The position numbers and the translations under genes are program-made. DNA of 64,000 nucleotides from Candidatus Latescibacterota bacterium (GTDB lineage Bacteria; Latescibacterota; UBA2968; GCA-2709665): assembly GCA_963667175.2 (NCBI GenBank), contig CAXXXF010000016.1, forward strand, positions 160,001-224,000, given 5' to 3'. The notes beneath the pieces were generated by a model. It was not told the DNA's origin and did no database searches. It saw only the letters and a list, made by a program, of their open reading frames with translations. Of this stretch, positions 49,386 through 59,136 are shown piece after piece; the stretch's first letter is position 1, and every line of letters starts with the position of its first letter.

Positions 49386-50663
49386 TCATTCGGTCTTGTA
49401 ATAGAGAGAATTATAGTACCGCTCGGCAATGACCTTGCAAAGGATATTCACAACGGCCGCCCCGGGAATCGCGATGAGCATGCCAATGAATCCCCAGAAG
49501 TGGGCGCCGACAACCAGGGCGAACATTACCCACACCGGATGCAGCCCCACGCGTTGCCCTACCACGCGTGGAGACAGGAAGTTGCCCTCGATACTTTGCA
49601 CGACGACGAATACGCCAATGACCTTGAACAGGCTGCCGACCGGGTCCACGTCGGACAGCGCAACCAGACACGCAACGCTGAATGCAACCGCAATTCCTAT
49701 GTAGGGAATCAGATTGAAGAGCCCTGCCATGAGTCCCAACAAGACAGCATATCGGATTCCGAATACCATAAGTCCGGTCGCCGTGAGCACCGCGATAAAA
49801 CTGCAGACCAGCACCTGCCCGCGCAGGTATTGGCCCAGAACCTCGTCGACTCGCGTGAGCAACTCGCCGGCGGACGCGGCGTGCCGGCGGGGAAGAATCC
49901 GCGCCAGAGTGTGTTTTATGCGCTCGTAGTCCTTAATCATATAAAAGGTCACGAAGGGAATCATCAGAAGTTCCAGGAACGTCGCCAGTCCGGAACTCAA
50001 TGCCTTTAGCGCGGCCGTCATCTGCTCGGCAAAGAGTTCACCCAACTTCGGCAACTGCTCGAGGAGCACACCTTTGGGCAGCTTCACGCCAAAAGACTGC
50101 AACCAGTTGAGGACTTGATCGTAGAGTGCCTTGAACATCGCCGCATAGACGGGAACACGACGGCCGAAATCGAGAATTTCCTGCGTCACCAGCGGGATGA
50201 CCACAATGCCGATACCTGATAGTGCCGCCAGAATAACCACCACCATCAGGGCGATGGCGATCGTTCGGGACATCCAGCGCTCCAAAAGGCCAACAAGCGG
50301 AGACAGCAAATAAGCCAACACGAACGAGGTTACGAACGGCCAGAATAACCCTGCCATGTCGCCCATCAGCCAGGCGCCGAACAGCAAGACCACCAAAACC
50401 GCCACCCCCGCTTCGAACCTTACCCCCTTGCTGACCATGACTACGACTGCCAGCAGGGTGAGGCCGATCAGGAACGGAGAGAGGTCCTGGTGGAGCACAT
50501 AGAGGAAGCCAACCAGAAACACAAGGATGGCCAGACGGAAAAACGGCCTGTCGCCGGATAACGCGCCGGATAACCGTTCGTCCGCGCCCGAACGCTGATC
50601 CTCCGCATCGTGCCTCGGATCGTCCCCGCTGTGCCCTTGCTGCGTTTTTGATTCCGTTTGCAT
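49386..50663 (-). CDS. AI-2E family transporter
   Basis: LAYLLSPLV, YLRGQV, NLIPYIG, QSIEGNFLSP..G..VGLHP motifs. Confidence 0.92.
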   Translation of the reverse strand: MQTESKTQQGHSGDDPRHDAEDQRSGADERLSGALSGDRPFFRLAILVFLVGFLYVLHQDLSPFLIGLTLLAVVVMVSKGVRFEAGVAVLVVLLFGAWLMGDMAGLFWPFVTSFVLAYLLSPLVGLLERWMSRTIAIALMVVVILAALSGIGIVVIPLVTQEILDFGRRVPVYAAMFKALYDQVLNWLQSFGVKLPKGVLLEQLPKLGELFAEQMTAALKALSSGLATFLELLMIPFVTFYMIKDYERIKHTLARILPRRHAASAGELLTRVDEVLGQYLRGQVLVCSFIAVLTATGLMVFGIRYAVLLGLMAGLFNLIPYIGIAVAFSVACLVALSDVDPVGSLFKVIGVFVVVQSIEGNFLSPRVVGQRVGLHPVWVMFALVVGAHFWGFIGMLIAIPGAAVVNILCKVIAERYYNSLYYKTE

Positions 50664-50684
50664 GTCAATGCCCGCAGCCGGCGT

Positions 50685-51533
50685 CTATTCCCCGCGTGCC
50701 TGGTCTTTCTCCTTCGGCAGGACGAGGAACGTCTCCGACTGGACGTCGATGTTGAAAATGCGCAGGTAGCGGTTGTGGCGGAGTCCGTTCACTTCCCCGA
50801 TCAGTTCCAGGACACCGTCGCCGTCGATATCCAGATAGCCGAGCCGGTCGCCGAATCCGTCGGCAAAATACCACTCCATGAGCAAGGTGTCCAGGTCGAC
50901 GACCACACCCGTGTTCAAAACGACCTCAAGTCCGTAGTCGTCGTCGAAGTCCGCGATCACCATGCTTTGGGCGTGAATGGATTCCTTTGGAATCACGTCG
51001 CTGATTCCCTGTTCGTACAGTTCCAGGCAGTCGTATATGTGGACGTGCGTCTCGCTGTGGCCCAATCCTTTGACCAGATAGACGAATTCCAGTTGGGGAT
51101 CGTCGTCCACGTTCGCGATTGCCATGTGGATGATATCTTCCTGGATCTGCCATATGAAACTGTAGTCCTGCGCGCTGTACAGTACGATACGCGTGAAGGT
51201 GTAAGCGATGATCTCAACCTCCCCGTCCGCATCGACGTCCTCCACAAACACACCGAGGATGGCCGATCCCAGGGACTCGCTCTTCCACTCCTCGTACCCG
51301 CGTCCGTCGACGTACCTTACCGCATGCAGACTTCCGTCCGCGTCGCCGTAGACGACCCTCGGACTCGTTCCTTCACCCGACGGCAGGATACGGATCTGAG
51401 GCAATTCATCTATGCTGCCACCCCAGCGGAAATGCCGGTTGTCTCGCAAGCTGTACCAGTCCGGAATCTCGGCCTGCGCCGGCATCTGCGCCGTCAGGCA
51501 GAAGAGCGCGGCAACCAGGGAGCCGTATCGCAT
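50685..51533 (-). CDS. Secreted FG-GAP/VCBS-like repeat protein
   Basis: Signal peptide; DVDADGEVEI, NVDDDPQLE and DIDGDGVLE Ca-binding-like repeats. Confidence 0.82.
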   Translation of the reverse strand: MRYGSLVAALFCLTAQMPAQAEIPDWYSLRDNRHFRWGGSIDELPQIRILPSGEGTSPRVVYGDADGSLHAVRYVDGRGYEEWKSESLGSAILGVFVEDVDADGEVEIIAYTFTRIVLYSAQDYSFIWQIQEDIIHMAIANVDDDPQLEFVYLVKGLGHSETHVHIYDCLELYEQGISDVIPKESIHAQSMVIADFDDDYGLEVVLNTGVVVDLDTLLMEWYFADGFGDRLGYLDIDGDGVLELIGEVNGLRHNRYLRIFNIDVQSETFLVLPKEKDQARGE

Positions 51534-51535
51534 GT

Positions 51536-52690
51536 CTATCGGTCCTTCAAACGGGAAAGAATCGAAAAGATCTCGGTGTTCGCCCGAATCGCTTCTTCGC
51601 CGTCCGGAACGGTACGCTGGTGACACGCCAGACACACCTCCCGGAGTTCCAGTTTATGGCAGCTCGTGCATTCGTTCACGTTGCCGTACGGCTCGAAAAA
51701 CGGCGCTTCACGCAGGTGAAAGGCCTCCGCATCGGTGCGCCGACCCGGGTTTTGATGGCCGACCGTGCCGCTAACGCCCTCTCTCTCGTGGCAATCCTGA
51801 CAGAATGCCCTGAGTTTGTGGCATGACGCGCAGTCTCCGATCCTTCCGGAGACTTCCTCTCCATGGTTTCCTCGAAAATCCGATGTGATCGAAATGACCT
51901 TAATGTACCGCTCTGGCCGCAGACTCTTGTATTCACCGATCAGGTCCGGAGTTCCGTCGTAATTCACGTCCATGTACCCCATTCGGTCGCATCCGCCGAA
52001 GTGCCACTCGAAGTCAAGGGATCGCGCGTCGATCACGACGCCCGTGTTGATGGCGATTTCGAGCTGATCGTCTTCGTCCAGATTGGCGACGACCATGCTC
52101 TCGCCAATGAGGGTCTGTTCGCCCCTCCTCTCCTCCGCAAGATGCCTGCCGTCGTAAACGAACAGCCGCGAGTCCCGCTCTCCGGAAGCGTCTTCCGCTT
52201 CGCCGAGAAAGATCAACTCCAGCTGCGGGTCCCCATCGAGATTCTCGATGGCCATCGTGGAGATCGTGGCGTATTCGTCATCTTTGCTTCGCCAGATCAA
52301 CTCATACGTATCCGCATTGTACATCACAATATCGCCCCAGTGCGAATAGGCGACGATCTCCAGGATTCCGTCCGCATTGACATCCGCGACGAATACCTGC
52401 GCCACGGATGACTTGAGGGATTGGCCAACCCAGGCCTCCCGGGACCGCCCTTCCGAGAACTCGAGCACGTGCAGCAGGCCCTGCCGGTCTCCGTATACCA
52501 GACGCTTCAGCGAATCGGCGCCAGCGGGGATGACGCGAACGGTACGCATTTCGGAGAGTGCGCCTCCGTACGCAACGTCCTTTTGCTTCTCCCACCGGAA
52601 CCATTCCAGGTCTCCGGCATGCGCAAACGTAAGCCCCCCGCACAGACAGGACAGCACCCAGAACAGGTTTCGAGAGAATAAGCGCCGCAC
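51536..52690 (-). CDS. Secreted FG-GAP-like repeat protein with C-terminal tetraheme cytochrome c module
   Basis: DVNADGILE and NLDGDPQLE repeats; CASCH, CQDCH, CTSCH and CLACH motifs. Confidence 0.82.
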   Translation of the reverse strand: MRRLFSRNLFWVLSCLCGGLTFAHAGDLEWFRWEKQKDVAYGGALSEMRTVRVIPAGADSLKRLVYGDRQGLLHVLEFSEGRSREAWVGQSLKSSVAQVFVADVNADGILEIVAYSHWGDIVMYNADTYELIWRSKDDEYATISTMAIENLDGDPQLELIFLGEAEDASGERDSRLFVYDGRHLAEERRGEQTLIGESMVVANLDEDDQLEIAINTGVVIDARSLDFEWHFGGCDRMGYMDVNYDGTPDLIGEYKSLRPERYIKVISITSDFRGNHGEEVSGRIGDCASCHKLRAFCQDCHEREGVSGTVGHQNPGRRTDAEAFHLREAPFFEPYGNVNECTSCHKLELREVCLACHQRTVPDGEEAIRANTEIFSILSRLKDR

Positions 52691-52703
52691 GCCGAACCTC
52701 CGC

Positions 52704-53609
52704 TCAGAACAGGCTTACGTCTACGTTGAGATAGCGTTTCGGGTCCTCTTTGATCCCGTTGATGAGGCTGTCTACCGAGGCCAGCGTGCGCCGCAGATCC
52801 AGATACAGGGATTCGTCCTGGATGAGGCGGCCCAGCGTCCCTTCGCCACGGCGCAGCTTCCCGCTCACCTCGTTCAGATCGGAAAGAGACGTCCCGAGCG
52901 ATTCCAATACCGTCTCCATATTGCGCGCCAACCCGTCCAGCCTTTGGGTCATGAGCCGCAAATTCCCGACAACATGGCGCACTTCCGGCCTGTTCTCGTC
53001 CAGCAGAATTCGTGCGTCACGGGCGGCCAGGGCCGCCGTATCCAGAACGGCCGCGAGCGTCTCGCGGTTATCGGAAAGCGTCTGCTTCAGATGGACGGCG
53101 GTGCTGTCCATATTCGCCAGCAGCGCTTCGACGTGGGCGATGTTCCGGTCGACAAGCACGGCTTCCAGACGCTGCGCCACAGAACTGGCCCGGTCGGTCA
53201 TCTCTTCGATGCCACCTCCCGACCGTCCGTGCAGCGTGTCGTGATCGGCATAGACCCGCTCAATGTCCGATCCTACCTTGACGTCGATCATTTTGCCCCC
53301 CAACAATCCCTCGGACTGCAGGAAAACCTCTGAATCTCGCGGAAGACTTCGAATTTCCGCAAAGCCGATACTGACGAGGGGCAACCCATGCGTAAGTCTG
53401 ATTTCAAGCACCTTGCCGGCCCAAACGCCCCGGATGAAGACCGGGTCGCCGGGCTGCAGCCCGGGCACGCTGTCGAAAATTACATGCAATTGATAACCGC
53501 CGGCTGCCCCCGCGTAATTCTCAGAGAGCCAGGCCGCACCGAGGACTGCGATTGCGATCGCCAGAAAGATGACGGCGCCCAGAACCATCTGCTTTTCTCG
53601 ACTGATCAT
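52704..53609 (-). CDS. mlaD: MCE/MlaD family protein
   Basis: N-terminal TM; GLQPGDPVFIRGV, GLLGGK and GEGTLGRLIQD motifs. Confidence 0.9.
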   Translation of the reverse strand: MISREKQMVLGAVIFLAIAIAVLGAAWLSENYAGAAGGYQLHVIFDSVPGLQPGDPVFIRGVWAGKVLEIRLTHGLPLVSIGFAEIRSLPRDSEVFLQSEGLLGGKMIDVKVGSDIERVYADHDTLHGRSGGGIEEMTDRASSVAQRLEAVLVDRNIAHVEALLANMDSTAVHLKQTLSDNRETLAAVLDTAALAARDARILLDENRPEVRHVVGNLRLMTQRLDGLARNMETVLESLGTSLSDLNEVSGKLRRGEGTLGRLIQDESLYLDLRRTLASVDSLINGIKEDPKRYLNVDVSLF

Positions 53610-53621
53610 TCGTCACCCGCT

Positions 53622-54365
53622 TCAGATTTTACCCTGAACGAACATGTCATAGACGTCGTTTCCGCTCCTCTCAATTTCCTCGGGACTCCCTTGAATGGCC
53701 GTCTTCCCGTTGTAGAGCAAGGCAATCCGGTCCGAAATCCTGCGGGCAAGCGGGAGATCGTGGGTAACCACGACGGAGGTTACATCCAGCTCGTTCTGGA
53801 GTTTCAATATATAGTCGCCCACAACATTGGCGGTACCCGGATCCAAACCCGTCGTCGGCTCATCATAGAGAATGAAATCCGGCGACATGGCGATCGCCCG
53901 TGCCAGCGCCGCGCGCTTGCGCATGCCGCCTGACAGTTCGACGGGCATGGTTTGCTCCGACCCGGCGAGCCGAACCGCGCCCAGGCATACGCTCACCCGT
54001 TCCTCAATCTCCCTCTCCGACATCCGGGTATGCATCCGCAGGCCGAACGCCACGTTCTCCTTGACGTTCATTGAGTCGAACAGCGCGGCGGACTGAAACA
54101 GGACGCCAATCCGTTTGCGCAACTCCTTGAGGTCTTTGTTGTTGATGGAATTCATGACGTGACCGTCCACGGTTACCCGTCCGTGATCTGCCTGTTCGAT
54201 TCCGATCATATGCTTGAGGGTCACACTCTTGCCGCACCCGCTGGGGCCCAGAATGGTCGTGACTTCCCCCCATCGGACCTCAAGATCCATTCCCTTGAGG
54301 ACTTTCAGATCGTCGAACCGCTTGTGTACGGCTTCAAATCTGACGGCAACGCCATTCTTTGACAT
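53622..54365 (-). CDS. mlaF: MlaF-type ABC ATP-binding protein
   Basis: GPSGCGKS, LFQSAALFDSM, LSGGMRKR and YDEPTTGLDP motifs. Confidence 0.9.
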   Translation of the reverse strand: MSKNGVAVRFEAVHKRFDDLKVLKGMDLEVRWGEVTTILGPSGCGKSVTLKHMIGIEQADHGRVTVDGHVMNSINNKDLKELRKRIGVLFQSAALFDSMNVKENVAFGLRMHTRMSEREIEERVSVCLGAVRLAGSEQTMPVELSGGMRKRAALARAIAMSPDFILYDEPTTGLDPGTANVVGDYILKLQNELDVTSVVVTHDLPLARRISDRIALLYNGKTAIQGSPEEIERSGNDVYDMFVQGKI

Positions 54366-54433
54366 TTCTCATCCTACACGGCGAATCTGCAGGACAGGCG
54401 GACCCACGTCCGGATTGCAGGAGAAATTCGCCA

Positions 54434-55207
54434 TCAATAGAGCAACGTCTTGGTGAGGAAATAGTCGAGGATCAATATCGATGCCGCCGAAATCACGACT
54501 GCCGCCGTCGCAGCGCGGCCGACGCCCTGCGCCCCACCGGATGCCGACAGCCCGGTGTATGAACCGTAGAAGGTGATCAACCCCCCGTAAACCACGGACT
54601 TGATGAGGCAGACCACCAGATCGTACGAACTGAAGTCGAGTTTCATCCCTTTTACAAAATCCGCAACCGTGATATCCATGAGAAGAATAGACATCACATA
54701 ACCGGAATAGATCGACGTGAACGCGGAGAACACCACCAGCACCGGGATCATGACGATACCGGCGAGTACGCGGGGCATGAGGAGGTAGCCAACCGGATCC
54801 ACGGCGAGAGAAACCAGGGCATCAACCTGTTCGGAAACCTTCATGGTGCCCACTTCCGATGCGATGCCCGCGCCCACGCGCCCCGCCAGCACCAGCCCCA
54901 TGAGAATCGGCGCGAGCTCCAGCAACACGGAGCGGACAACGATGCTGCCGACCATATAGTCCGGAACATAGTCCTCCATCTGGTAGGCCATCATTGTGGA
55001 TACGGCCATACCGCTGAAAGCCGATACAAGGATGACCAGAGACAGCGAATTCACGCCAACCGCGTAACATTGTTCGATGATCTGGCGCCTGTAGAAGTAG
55101 ACGTTTGGCAATTCTCCGAGAAATCGGCGAAAATACCCTGCCATCGAGTGGGTCAGCAGCAGAAAGCGGGCGGTCTTTATGCCCAGGAATTGCAGCAATC
55201 GTTTCAC
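54434..55207 (-). CDS. mlaE: MlaE-type ABC permease
   Basis: ELAPIL..LAGRVG..SEVGTMKVSEQVDAL and GAQGVGRA motifs. Confidence 0.92.
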   Translation of the reverse strand: MKRLLQFLGIKTARFLLLTHSMAGYFRRFLGELPNVYFYRRQIIEQCYAVGVNSLSLVILVSAFSGMAVSTMMAYQMEDYVPDYMVGSIVVRSVLLELAPILMGLVLAGRVGAGIASEVGTMKVSEQVDALVSLAVDPVGYLLMPRVLAGIVMIPVLVVFSAFTSIYSGYVMSILLMDITVADFVKGMKLDFSSYDLVVCLIKSVVYGGLITFYGSYTGLSASGGAQGVGRAATAAVVISAASILILDYFLTKTLLY

Positions 55208-55530
55208 GTGATGTTTCCGACAATGGGTTTGCGCCGCACGGAGGCGCGTCTCCGCCAGAGGCACGGGCTGTCGGACGCAATCGTTCGAATGCGAAAACGA
55301 CATCCGGAGGCCCGCCGGTCGGCGGACAAAAGGCGCCGGACTGCAATTTCGCGCCGAGGCGTCCGGAGTCATCGACAGCCTTTGCCGGTTTCCATTCGAG
55401 CAAGCCCGGATGCCGTTCGGGAGTTTCTACCAATTTAACCACTGAATTCGGTTGGATCAACGACTTTGTGTTTCTCCTGCATCGCCTGCTCCGCGTCCGA
55501 ATCGACGCGCCCAGACGGTCTCAGCAGCAC

Positions 55531-55564
55531 AAAAAAAGCGGGTGGGGAAAACCCCCGTACCCGC
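55531..55564 (-). terminator. Intrinsic terminator after the sigma factor gene
   Basis: GCGGGTACGGGGG-TTTT-CCCCACCCGC followed by T7 on the minus strand. Confidence 0.75.
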
Positions 55565-55592
55565 AGATCCTGGCGCTGCCGCCGATTCGGAA

Positions 55593-56462
55593 TCAGACCT
55601 GATCCTGCCATGCCTCTTCCGCACGAACACGTTGCCGGAAATACCGGCGCAACTTACCCAGGGCCCGGTTTCGGATCTGGCGTACGCGTTCACGCGTGAC
55701 GCCCAGTTCATTGCCGATCTCTCCGAGTGTCCTCCGGTCTCCTCCTTCCAGGCCGAAATACGAGCGGATCACGTTGGCTTCCCGGGTGTCGAGGCTGCCG
55801 GCGAGGGAGGCGCTGATCAGTTCGGTGCGGTCCCGTTCGAGGACCTCCAGATCCGGGTGGGCATCGTCGCAATCGAGTACCTGCAACAGGGTCTTTTCTC
55901 CTTCCGCGTCGATGGGAGATTCGAGCGAGAGATCCGTCCGTGCGCATCGAAGCGCCCGTTCCGCGCGCTTTCGACTGATCTTCATATCACTGGCCACTTC
56001 GTCGACCGTCGGCACCCGTCCCAATTCCTGTGTCATCTGCCCCCATCGCCGGGCCATGCGATCCATGTCCTCCTGCCGGTTGGCGGGCATGGCCACCGCG
56101 GAGGTACGCTTCAGCGCGTTCAATATCGCCTGACGGATCCACCAGACGGCATAGCTGATAAACTTGTAACCCCGGGATTCATCAAACCGGTTCAGGGCTT
56201 CCATCAGACCCATGTTTCCTTCTGCAATCAGGTCCGAGAGCGGAACCCCTCGGCCCTGATACTCGAGGGCAACGCTCACGACAAAACGCAAGTTGGAAGT
56301 AACCAGCCTCTCGATCGCCTTCGGATCGCCTTTCCGAGCGCGCATTAGGGTGTCCATCTCCTCCTTGCGCGTCATTGGCGGATACCGGCGCAGTTCCTTG
56401 AGGTATCGTTGTACGGAGGCGTCATGAGGCAGACGCTTTTTTGCGGGTTCCTGGAAGTTCAC
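55593..56462 (-). CDS. RNA polymerase sigma-70 family factor (RpoD/SigA-like, lacks region 1.1)
   Basis: NLRFVVSVA, DLIAEGNMGL, KFISYAVWWIRQ and TRERVRQI motifs. Confidence 0.93.
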   Translation of the reverse strand: MNFQEPAKKRLPHDASVQRYLKELRRYPPMTRKEEMDTLMRARKGDPKAIERLVTSNLRFVVSVALEYQGRGVPLSDLIAEGNMGLMEALNRFDESRGYKFISYAVWWIRQAILNALKRTSAVAMPANRQEDMDRMARRWGQMTQELGRVPTVDEVASDMKISRKRAERALRCARTDLSLESPIDAEGEKTLLQVLDCDDAHPDLEVLERDRTELISASLAGSLDTREANVIRSYFGLEGGDRRTLGEIGNELGVTRERVRQIRNRALGKLRRYFRQRVRAEEAWQDQV

Positions 56463-56636
56463 GGCGGGGACCCATCCCTTTACAGCCCGATCTCGCCGGT
56501 ATCTCCGGCACGGAAATGGAAGGATGTACGATTGGAACGATTTGGAAGCACGAAAGTTCCACTTTCTTCAATGCGAACCCAGTGTCCGGTCCCAGGAATA
56601 CCTCACCATTCTTCCGACGATTCCCGCGAACCCAAT

Positions 56637-56672
56637 AAAAAAAAGCGAGCCATCGAAAAATCGACGGCTCGC
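56637..56672 (-). terminator. Intrinsic terminator after tRNA-Arg
   Basis: GCGAGCCGTCGA-TTTT-TCGATGGCTCGC followed by T8 on the minus strand. Confidence 0.75.
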
Positions 56673-56684
56673 CCCGAAATGGCA

Positions 56685-56762
56685 TGGTGGGACATACAGG
56701 ATTCGAACCTGTGACCTCTGGTTCCGGAGACCAGCGCTCTATCCAGACTGAGCTAATGCCCC
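56685..56762 (-). tRNA. tRNA-Arg(CCG)
   Basis: GGGGCATTAGCTCAGTCTGGATAGAGCGCTGGTCTCCGGAACCAGAGGTCACAGGTTCGAATCCTGTATGTCCCACCA. Confidence 0.96.
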
Positions 56763-56780
56763 CTGGACTGATGAAATCGG

Positions 56781-56870
56781 TCAGGCCTTCTTGTGGCGAT
56801 CTCTTCTGCGGCGCTTCTTGCGCTTGTGAGTCGCAATCTTGTGGCGTTTTCGCTTTCTTCCGCAGGGCAA
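56781..56870 (-). CDS. Small basic ribosomal protein, bS22/mS38 (AURKAIP1/COX24-domain)-like, 29 aa
   Basis: Manual translation from TTG with AAGGAGG RBS: MPCGRKRKRHKIATHKRKKRRRRDRHKKA. Confidence 0.85.
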   Translation of the reverse strand: MPCGRKRKRHKIATHKRKKRRRRDRHKKA

Positions 56871-56913
56871 GTAATGCTCCTCCTTGTCGGGCTATCGGTG
56901 TCGCGGCGCTGGT

Positions 56914-57201
56914 TCAGCCTGCCTGGTCACACACGAGGCCCGCCCGAAGTTCCCGGGAAGGCTTGAATACCGGCGCAGGGCGCTCCGGAATCTTGACGAC
57001 GTCGCCCGTCTTGGGATTTCGACCTATCCGGGGTGCCCGGGTCACAACCTTGAACGTCCCAAACCCTCGAATCTCGATGTGTTCGCCATGTTTCAATGCC
57101 GCCACCACCGAGTCGAGGAAACCCTCCACGACAGCCGCCGTATCCGATTTCGGCAACCCCGTGGCCTCTGCAATCTGACTGACGATATCGGCTTTGGTCA
57201 C
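56914..57201 (-). CDS. HU/IHF-family DNA-binding protein
   Basis: TKADIV..IEIRGFGTF..R.GRNPKTG..PVFKPS motifs. Confidence 0.95.
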   Translation of the reverse strand: MTKADIVSQIAEATGLPKSDTAAVVEGFLDSVVAALKHGEHIEIRGFGTFKVVTRAPRIGRNPKTGDVVKIPERPAPVFKPSRELRAGLVCDQAG

Positions 57202-57313
57202 CGAATCCCCTTTCGAAACTGGCTTGTGACTCAACGAATAACAGACCGGTCGATTTGGCCTGGACAAGCGAAAAGGATATACAAATGACATCGCTTTGTC
57301 AACAAAAATCAGT

Positions 57314-59098
57314 TTACTGCCGGTCGCTTCCGATGTACTGAAGTTGATGAAGCCGGTGATAGATGCCCTTGCTCGCCAACAGGGCTTCGTGTGTCCCGGT
57401 TTCCCGGATCTCACCCCTGTGAAGGACCAGAATCCGGTCGGCACTGCGGACAGTTGAAATGCGATGCGCGATGACGATGGACGTCCTCGACCGCATCAGT
57501 CTGCCCACTGCATCCTGAATCCAGGCCTCTGTCTCGGTGTCTACGCTGGAGGTGGCTTCGTCCAGGACCAGAATGTCGGGGTCAAACGCGATCGCACGGG
57601 CAAAAGCCAGCAGCTGGCGCTGTCCTCCGGACAGGTTGCCTCCCCGTTCAGTGACGGCGTGCCCGTATCCCGAGGGCAACTGGCGGATAAATCGGTCCGC
57701 GTTTACCTCCCGTGCGGCCTGTTCGACCTGCTGCCGTGAAATCCCGGGGTTTCTCAAGCGGATATTCGCATCAATGTCCCCCGAGAACAGGAACACGTCC
57801 TGCTGGACAACGCCTATGCGCCTCCTTAAGGCCTCTACGTCCCACTCGGCTACATCGACGCCGTCAATTCGAATCCGCCCGCGCTGGATTTCGTAGAATC
57901 TGCACAGCAGGTTTATGATGGTCGTTTTTCCTGAACCCGTCGCGCCGACGATGGCCAGCCGTTCGCCCGGTTTTACGATGAAAGAGACGTCTCTCAGGAC
58001 CCAGTCATCCTGGTTGTAGGCGAACCACACGTTGGAAAACTCGATCTCCCCCCTGATCCTCTTCGACCCTTTCAGACCGCGGCCGGGCTCTGGCCGCGTG
58101 TCCAGGAGTTCGAATATCCGCTCCGAGGATGCCATCGCGGCCTGAAAAATCGCGTACCTTTCGGCGACGTCCAGAATGGGCCAGAAGAACCTGGGGATGT
58201 ACTGCAGCATGGCGATCAGCGCGCCCCACTCGATCTGAGACCGGATCACATCGTTGCTTCCCTGCCAGATAACCAGCGCGGTGGCCGCGGACCCGAGCAA
58301 CTGCATAATCGGAAAGTAGAGTGAGTAATACAGCGTCGACTCCAGATTCGCGTTCAGGTACCGGCCGTTAACGCCGTCGAAGCGCTCGGCATGCCGGTTT
58401 TCACGGCCGAAGAGTTGCACCACCGACATTCCCGTGATGTTCTCCTGCAAATAGGCGTTCAGGCGCGCCAACCGGCTGCGCGCGAGGCGAAAAGCCCGCA
58501 ACATGCGTCCCTGGAACCAGAATGTTACGCCGAACATTACGGGCACCGTCGCGCAGACCCACAGCGCCAGTGAAGCGTCCATATAGAACATGTAGGCCAT
58601 AATCGCGATCAGCGTGAAGACGTCGCTGAACACGGCCACCACTCCATCCGTAAACAGCTCGTTGAGCGCGTCCACGTCGTTCGTATTGCGGGTCATCAGA
58701 CGACCGATCGGCGTTCGGTCGAAGAATTTTACGGGCAGCCGCTGAAGGTGAGCGAAGATGGCTTTTCGGATATCGTACATCACCCACTGGCCGACCATCT
58801 GTGTCACCAGCCTCTGTGCCACGTCGGCCAGGAACTGAAACACGAGCAGCCCAACAAACACCAGCACGATCCGGTTCAGGCCCGCCACGTCTCCGGGAAG
58901 AATATGGTCGTCCACGGCAATCTTGCTCAAATAGGGACCGGCCTGCCTGGCTGCAGACGTCAGGAGAATCAGGACGAAGGCAACAGTCACCCAGCGCCTG
59001 TATGGCCTGAGGTAACCGAGAAGGCGCCACATCAGCCGTGAATCGAACGGCTTCTGCGCCACCTCTTCTTCGTGCGTATCGCGGGTTGCATCAGGCAT
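57314..59098 (-). CDS. ABC exporter subunit (TMD+NBD, heterodimer partner B)
   Basis: GATGSGKT, LSGGQRQL and LDEATSSVD motifs. Confidence 0.93.
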   Translation of the reverse strand: MPDATRDTHEEEVAQKPFDSRLMWRLLGYLRPYRRWVTVAFVLILLTSAARQAGPYLSKIAVDDHILPGDVAGLNRIVLVFVGLLVFQFLADVAQRLVTQMVGQWVMYDIRKAIFAHLQRLPVKFFDRTPIGRLMTRNTNDVDALNELFTDGVVAVFSDVFTLIAIMAYMFYMDASLALWVCATVPVMFGVTFWFQGRMLRAFRLARSRLARLNAYLQENITGMSVVQLFGRENRHAERFDGVNGRYLNANLESTLYYSLYFPIMQLLGSAATALVIWQGSNDVIRSQIEWGALIAMLQYIPRFFWPILDVAERYAIFQAAMASSERIFELLDTRPEPGRGLKGSKRIRGEIEFSNVWFAYNQDDWVLRDVSFIVKPGERLAIVGATGSGKTTIINLLCRFYEIQRGRIRIDGVDVAEWDVEALRRRIGVVQQDVFLFSGDIDANIRLRNPGISRQQVEQAAREVNADRFIRQLPSGYGHAVTERGGNLSGGQRQLLAFARAIAFDPDILVLDEATSSVDTETEAWIQDAVGRLMRSRTSIVIAHRISTVRSADRILVLHRGEIRETGTHEALLASKGIYHRLHQLQYIGSDRQ

Positions 59099-59136
59099 AT
59101 GGGTTCACACAACCTGGGGCCTGGCACTCCCCTGGT

